Below are positions 59,214-64,000 of a stretch of 64,000 nt of DNA, piece after piece; the first letter of the stretch is position 1; every line of letters begins with the position of its first letter. The position numbers and the translations under genes were made by a program. This DNA comes from an uncultured Gemmatimonadales bacterium (GTDB taxonomy: Bacteria > Gemmatimonadota > Gemmatimonadetes > Gemmatimonadales > GWC2-71-9): positions 320,001 to 384,000 of the forward strand of contig CAVZZO010000003.1 in NCBI GenBank assembly GCA_963779755.1. Reading direction: 5' to 3'. The notes below the pieces were generated by a model, which ran no database searches, was not told the DNA's origin, and worked only from the letters and a program-made list of their open reading frames with translations.

Positions 59214-59428
59214 AGCCGGTCGGGATCTAGAGCCTCTGATCGGCCGGCCCGATGCTCCTCCAGGGCCTCCTGGGCCAGCCTCTGCAGCTGATCTCCAGAG
59301 GCACCCAAGAGGGCTTCCCACCGCGCATCGGCGGCCAATTCTTCCAGGATCGCGGCGGCAAGCTCGTCCTGGTCCTTGGGGGGGAGCCGGGAGGCCACTT
59401 CAAAGGCCTTCTTCAGGTTACGGGTCAT
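59210..59428 (-). CDS. Putative antitoxin
   Basis: 72 aa acidic protein coupled to the toxin. Confidence 0.8.
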   Translation of the reverse strand: MTRNLKKAFEVASRLPPKDQDELAAAILEELAADARWEALLGASGDQLQRLAQEALEEHRAGRSEALDPDRL

Positions 59429-59478
59429 GCTGGATGATATGGCAAAGGAGAGCGGCGCGCTAGCCGCGCCTCAGTGCT

Positions 59479-59618
59479 GTGTAACGAAGTGCGCGTGTGC
59501 TGCAGCGCGGTCCTTCAGGATTTCACAAACCTACGCTTCCACAGCCGCGCCGCCAGGAGGCCGGAGTGTGGGCCAGGGGCCTGCGCGACTGGCCTGCAGA
59601 ACGACGCGCTTGTTATAT
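59479..59618 (-). repeat. attC site
   Basis: GTGTAAC...GACGCGCTTGTTATAT. Confidence 0.9.
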
Positions 59619-59818
59619 GGCGAAACGCTCTCGGCCTCAACCGGAACCGGGGCCAAATGCCTGGGCCGCCTCACGGAGACCGGGGCGCCGGCACCTGTTG
59701 GAACTTCTGCCGCGCTTTGATGCATGGCGGCCCGAACAGCGCCCTCAAGGAACTTGGGCGGCCACCACCAGATGCTGTTGTACATCAAAAGAGAACGAGC
59801 AGTCCAGCCCGTTCGACC

Positions 59819-59958
59819 ATATAACGAAGTGCGCGTGTGCTGCAGCGCGATCCCTCAGGTTCTCACAAACCTACGCTTCCACAGCCGCGGCGCCAGGAGG
59901 CCCGGGCGAGGGCCGGCGGTCCGCGCGACCGGCCTGCAGAACGACGCGCTTGTTAGGT
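59819..59958 (-). repeat. attC site
   Basis: ATATAAC...GACGCGCTTGTTAGGT. Confidence 0.9.
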
Positions 59959-60357
59959 TGCTGCAGGATGCCCGCTGCGCCGGCGCCATTCAAAGACGAC
60001 GACCAGGGCGAGAACGAGCAGAATGGGAGCCGTCAGTACCCCTGGGGTATAGCCTCCTTGCTGCCAGGACCACAACGGATGACCGACGCCGTTGATGACT
60101 TCGATGGTCACCCAGAACGTGACAATCGCTCCCGTCCCACGCCAGCCGCGCCTCACGGGCCAGATAAAGCACCAAACCCCAAAAGCAACGAGGGCGACAT
60201 TGAGGACCGCAAACCCGACCTGCCGGTTGCTCGACACTAAGCCGGTGAGAATGCGGGCTGGCGGGAAGGAGTCGTAGAGCTTGCCCAGATATTCCTCGAC
60301 CGAGTGCGCTGCCTGGCCAAGTACCAGTGCTCCAAACGCCAAGTGAAAGCGAGACAT
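59953..60357 (-). CDS. HXXEE domain membrane protein
   Basis: AHSVEE, INGVGH, YTPGVLTA; stop in attC core. Confidence 0.85.
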   Translation of the reverse strand: MSRFHLAFGALVLGQAAHSVEEYLGKLYDSFPPARILTGLVSSNRQVGFAVLNVALVAFGVWCFIWPVRRGWRGTGAIVTFWVTIEVINGVGHPLWSWQQGGYTPGVLTAPILLVLALVVVFEWRRRSGHPAAT

Positions 60358-60368
60358 GCTTGGCAGCA

Positions 60369-60508
60369 ACCTAACGAAGTGCGCGTGTGCTGCAGCGCGG
60401 TCCTTCAGGTTCTCACAAACCTACGTTTCCTTAGCCGCGCCGCCAGGAGGCTCGGCCGATGCCAGGCAGCCAGCGCGACCGGCCTGCAGAACGACGCGCT
60501 TGTTAGCA
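60369..60508 (-). repeat. attC site
   Basis: ACCTAAC...GACGCGCTTGTTAGCA. Confidence 0.9.
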
Positions 60509-60790
60509 ACCAGCTGCGCACGGCGGCCTAGGCTAGCCCGGAGCCCGCGCCCCGAAGCCCTGGCCGCCCGCTGGGAACGGTGCGGCGCGGGGACGGCCCG
60601 GTGGCGTGGAACTCTCACGGCACCTGCCCTGCCCCGACCGCGCCGGGCTCCAGAAGCCCTGGGCGGCGGATTCGTTTGAGCCTTTCTGCACGGAGGCGGG
60701 GCCGCCCGCAAGGAGTTGCTCTCGGGTTCCTGAGCTCCGCGGCCCTCATGGGGCCCACCAAAGAGACCCGCTGCGGTGCCTCGCTTGTGT

Positions 60791-60921
60791 TGCTAACGAA
60801 GTGCGCGTGTGCTGCAGCGCGATCCCTCAGGATTTCACAAACTTACGCTTCCACAGCCGCGCCGCCAGGAGGCCGGAGCATGGGCCCGCGGCCCGCGCGA
60901 CGGCCTGCAGAACGACGCGCT
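60791..60921 (-). repeat. attC site interrupted by IS110-family element (remainder at 63505-63514)
   Basis: Ends CAGAACGACGCGCT; TGTTAGAC resumes after the element. Confidence 0.9.
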
Positions 60922-60922
60922 C

Positions 60923-61377
60923 ATGTACGCGGATCCTTTCGGGCTGCCTGCCCAGGATTGTTGTATCGAAACGGGGGATTGGCGAAAGGATAACCTGCTT
61001 CACCCTGCTGTCTACAGCGGCAAGAGAGACAACCCGATGCTGGGAGTAGCTGTGGGTCTCCTGGCCGTTGCAGGTGGGGCCGAACTGGCTGCTCCCAGGT
61101 TATTTGCCGCGGCCACCGCTGCTCTTCCTAAGGTACCGTTTGAGAAATTCCAGGACTGGGGACGAAATGTTGTCCAATGGGGCCGTGGGGCAGCGGGGGC
61201 AATTCAGCGGGTTTCTGAAGTGACGGCGAGCAGGCCTCTAAATTGGATCCACAGAAAGTGAAGATGGCTCGCGACTTCTACCAGAAAGCTGTTGATGCTG
61301 GCCGAGGGGGAGCCGCCGCACCCGAACGAGTAAAGCTGATGGAACGCATTTTAGACCTGCAGCAGAGAACCCATTAG
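60923..61377 (+). pseudogene. Rhs tip type B with 1-bp deletion near 61227 (possible sequencing error)
   Basis: GTGACGGCGAGC versus GTGACGGCCGAGC in copy 2. Confidence 0.65.
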
Positions 61378-61423
61378 TGGCTCGGTCCGGTCTATTCGAG
61401 CATTGCAACACGGAGGAAGAGCC

Positions 61424-61672
61424 ATGCTGGAAGCAGCGGTCACACTTCGGCTTACGAATAGATGCGAAACTGCGCGGAAGCTCGTGATTGAGCCATGGAC
61501 CACCGAGTTTCGACTGCAACCTGGGCACACTTACGACTTGGTGATATCAGGGGACCTTGGCCTCCCCTTAGAGGTTGAGTTCGAGGACGACGAACTAACC
61601 GTATACACTTTCGATTCCGCCAATGCCTCCTTCAAGATTTCCGAAGGCGGGGCTGAACTTAAACCACTGTAG
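61424..61672 (+). CDS. Putative immunity protein, identical to copy 2
   Basis: Same translation as 54950-55198. Confidence 0.65.
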   Translation: MLEAAVTLRLTNRCETARKLVIEPWTTEFRLQPGHTYDLVISGDLGLPLEVEFEDDELTVYTFDSANASFKISEGGAELKPL

Positions 61673-62156
61673 GAGCCCGGCCCTGTCTAGCCGGGGCGCT
61701 CGGGGCGCCTCCGGGTTGTCGGGCCTGAACTCCGAGGGGTTGGGTCTAGTTAGGAGCCTCGCGGGCTGCCGCGCGTGGCGGACCTCGGCCGGCGGAAAAG
61801 GAAAGTGGTGGGGGCCCCACGAGTTCAGCGGAACCCATCGGCTCCAGACCTGCCGCGAGCCGGCTCCCTCGTCGGGCGTATGCGCCCACGGGAGCAGACG
61901 GGGTCACCCCACCGGCTCCAAGGTGCTACCGGTCCTTCGATTGTCAAAGAGCGCCGCGTTCCGCGTGCCGGCGGGATCCTGGCACCACCCTCATAGGTCG
62001 TTGAGGCTCGGGGCCTCCCACATCTTCATGGATGCTCTCCGATCGCGGCCGGGCGGCCAGCAACACTCTGTGCGCGGAGCTCACCGAAGACGCCGGCGGC
62101 TCAAGGCAAATAGAGGGCGGCCTGGCCGCGCACGCGCGGCTCCCACCGATCTCCGG
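61672..62156 (-). ncRNA. Putative bridge/seek RNA region, copy 3
   Basis: Near-identical to the other copies with a few single-base deletions. Confidence 0.75.
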
Positions 62157-63422
62157 CTATTCGCTCACCACCGGCTCTGCGTGATGCCGCTGCGCCTCCC
62201 AGCGCTCCCGCTCGAACGGCTGGCCCGAGTGGAGTACGGCCAGGAGGAGCGGCACCAGCTTGCGCGCCACCGCACAGACCGCCTTGGTCCGGAGCCCGCC
62301 ATTGCGGGCCAGCAGGGCCTGATAGTACGCGCGGTAGAGCCCCCGGGGCTGGCACCAGCGGCCGCCCAGGAGGAACAGCTGGCGGCGGAGCAGCGGCAGG
62401 CCCCGTTTGGACTGTTTGCGCCGCCCCTGCACGCTGCCGCTGGAACGCTCGACCAGATTCATGCCTGCGAGTTTCAGCACCTGGCGGGGATGAGTGAAGC
62501 GCTCCGGAGTGCCCAGCTCGGCCACAATCGTAGCCGCACAGGTGGCACTCACCTCGGGAATGGTGGTCAGCGCCTTGGCGGCGGGACACTGCTCCACCAA
62601 GGCGGCGATCTGCTGGTTCAACACCGCGAGCTGCTCCCGCAGGAGGTCCCAGCGGGCCAGGAGCTGCTGGATCTCCAACCGCCGCTCGGGAGCGGCGTCG
62701 GCCAGGGCGACACTGGTGCGGGCGGACTCGCGCAGGACGTGGAGCCGCTCCGGGCCCACGTGGCCCCGCGAGACGGACCGCGCCAGGCGCGTCACCGCGG
62801 CCGGGGCGGCTGCCAGGAAGTCCTGCGGCAGCGGCCAACGCGCCAGCAGGGCGCGCGGGGTGGGCTTGCGCACCTGCGAGAAGTGCGTCAGGAACTCGGG
62901 CCAGGCCAGGTCGAGCAGGCTCTGGAGACGGTTCTTGAACCGGGTTTCCTCGACGGTTAACCGGTGCGGTGGGTGGTGAGCAGCCGCAGCTCGAGATACG
63001 GGGGCTGCAGCGCCGGATATCCCACGAAGATCCCCAGGCTCACCAGCTTGCAGATCTCGGCGGCATCCTTCGCGTTCGTCTTGTTGGGGCTGTTATCCTC
63101 CAGTTCCTTGGCCCGCTTGGTGTGGGCCGGCAGGATATTGACCAGCGCATAGCCGCGCGCCGCAGGCACTCGGCAAACGTGAAGCCGTGATGGCCGGCGA
63201 ACTCCAGCCCCACCAGCATCTGTCCGGGCCGGACGCCGGGAAACCAGGCCGTCAACTGCGCCGCGGCGGCCTCGAAGCCTGCGCGGCTCACCGGCACTCG
63301 GACCGGCTTCGTCGCCGGCCATCGGGGCCCTGGGCGACCAGGACGTGAACGCGCTTGGCGGTGTCCACACCCACGTGGACGGGAAACCAGCGGGCGTAGG
63401 CGGACTTCTCATCGGGGGTCAT
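62157..63422 (-). pseudogene. IS110 recombinase with several 1-bp deletions (possible sequencing errors)
   Basis: Single C missing near 62967, 63160 and 63313 relative to copy 2. Confidence 0.8.
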
Positions 63423-63508
63423 AGCGCGGCTCCGGGTGGAAGGAATCACAGGAGTCGCGGAAGGAGCTACGGGCCGCGCCGCGGCGTCAAGCGGGTATAG
63501 ATGTCTTG

Positions 63509-63934
63509 TTAGACAGTGCCCCGTACCTCCTGAACGCGTCCACCTACGACCGGGTCATATGGAGAAGGACACGGACATCTTGAGCCGGGCGGGCACGTGT
63601 TGCGTGTTAGCATCGCCGGTTGAAACCGGCAAGTCCTGATAGATGCAGCAGCTGCAGCCCCGAACCTGGCATCGGAAGCACTCAGAACCCGCACTGACGC
63701 GCTGTCCACGGACCCGCTTGAATCGACAATGAAGGCCAAGGAGACGGTCCCAGATACTCGGGCAACTCGTAAGGAAGGTGGATAGACGGGCTCTACGCAG
63801 CTGATGTAACGCGGGAGGCTATCGAGAGTTGAACCATCTAGGGCGGTGGCCGGCTGGTGCTTGCCAGCCCCAGGGATCCCGTTGGTAGCACAGGCTGCGA
63901 GGAGTAAGAACGCCACAGCTGTACTTCCTCTCAT
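63509..63934 (-). CDS. TonB C-terminal domain lipoprotein
   Basis: Lipobox LAAC; PVYPPSLR..SGTVSLAFIVDSSGSV..RFQPA; C-terminus may be frameshifted. Confidence 0.75.
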   Translation of the reverse strand: MRGSTAVAFLLLAACATNGIPGAGKHQPATALDGSTLDSLPRYISCVEPVYPPSLRVARVSGTVSLAFIVDSSGSVDSASVRVLSASDARFGAAAAASIRTCRFQPAMLTRNTCPPGSRCPCPSPYDPVVGGRVQEVRGTV

Positions 63935-63960
63935 GCGTCTGCTCCTAGTGGCGTGGCACT

Positions 63961-64000
63961 GGCTAACGAAGTGTGCGTCAGCGGCGGCGCGATGCCCCGC
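63961..64000 (-). repeat. attC site, truncated by window end
   Basis: GGCTAACGAAGTGTGCGTCAGCGGCGGCGCGATGCCCCGC. Confidence 0.85.

Larger units (their letters stand above)
60922..63504 (-). mobile_element. IS110/IS1111-type element copy 3 with Rhs-tip cargo type B
   Basis: CT at 60920-21 and 63505-06; same termini and cargo as copy 2. Confidence 0.9.
42044..64000 (-). mobile_element. Integron gene-cassette array (about 22 attC sites), integrase not in window
   Basis: Recurrent imperfect palindrome TAACGAAGTGCG...GCT(T/A)GTTA separating one- or two-gene units; most ORFs on minus strand, several ending in or next to the RYYYAAC box. Confidence 0.93.

Noticed and set aside
60895..63422. Biological inactivation of IS copy 3 and its tip
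   Set aside because: The lesions are mostly single-base losses from short C runs, spread over attC, cargo, RNA region and recombinase. This pattern fits long-read error, so it is not treated as real decay without reads.
42044..64000. Repeats as a CRISPR array
   Set aside because: Repeats are about 140 bp imperfect palindromes separated by gene-sized units with TAAC/GTTA cores; no cas genes. They are attC sites.

Overview
GC-rich bacterial DNA, probably Gemmatimonadota (inferred from gene content and style). 1-38.5 kb is chromosomal backbone: an RND adaptor, carbonic anhydrase, a SusC/SusD alpha-glucan utilisation locus (three GH13, GH2, GH97, GH5-like, SSS and MFS transporters, CBM20-esterase, Pfk) and a BlaI / M56-HEAT / HEAT-repeat module with two matching operators. 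From about 42 kb to the end is a minus-oriented integron cassette array with about 22 related attC sites (mostly about 140 bp), nine toxin-antitoxin cassettes and no integrase in the window. Main find: three roughly 2.6 kb IS110/IS1111-type elements sit at the same CT dinucleotide inside attC sites. Each carries a DEDD recombinase, a roughly 490 nt non-coding region and an Rhs toxin-tip plus immunity-like cargo that begins at the element end with MYADPFGL. The non-coding region holds three similar guide loops. One matches the element's own end junction, one matches attC, and one spells a target encoding N-P-L-A-W, the Rhs core motif. Insertion at that third target would fuse the cargo tip in frame to an Rhs gene. 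Hypothesis, untested: an RNA-guided, dual-target system that stores toxin tips in an integron and installs them on Rhs genes.
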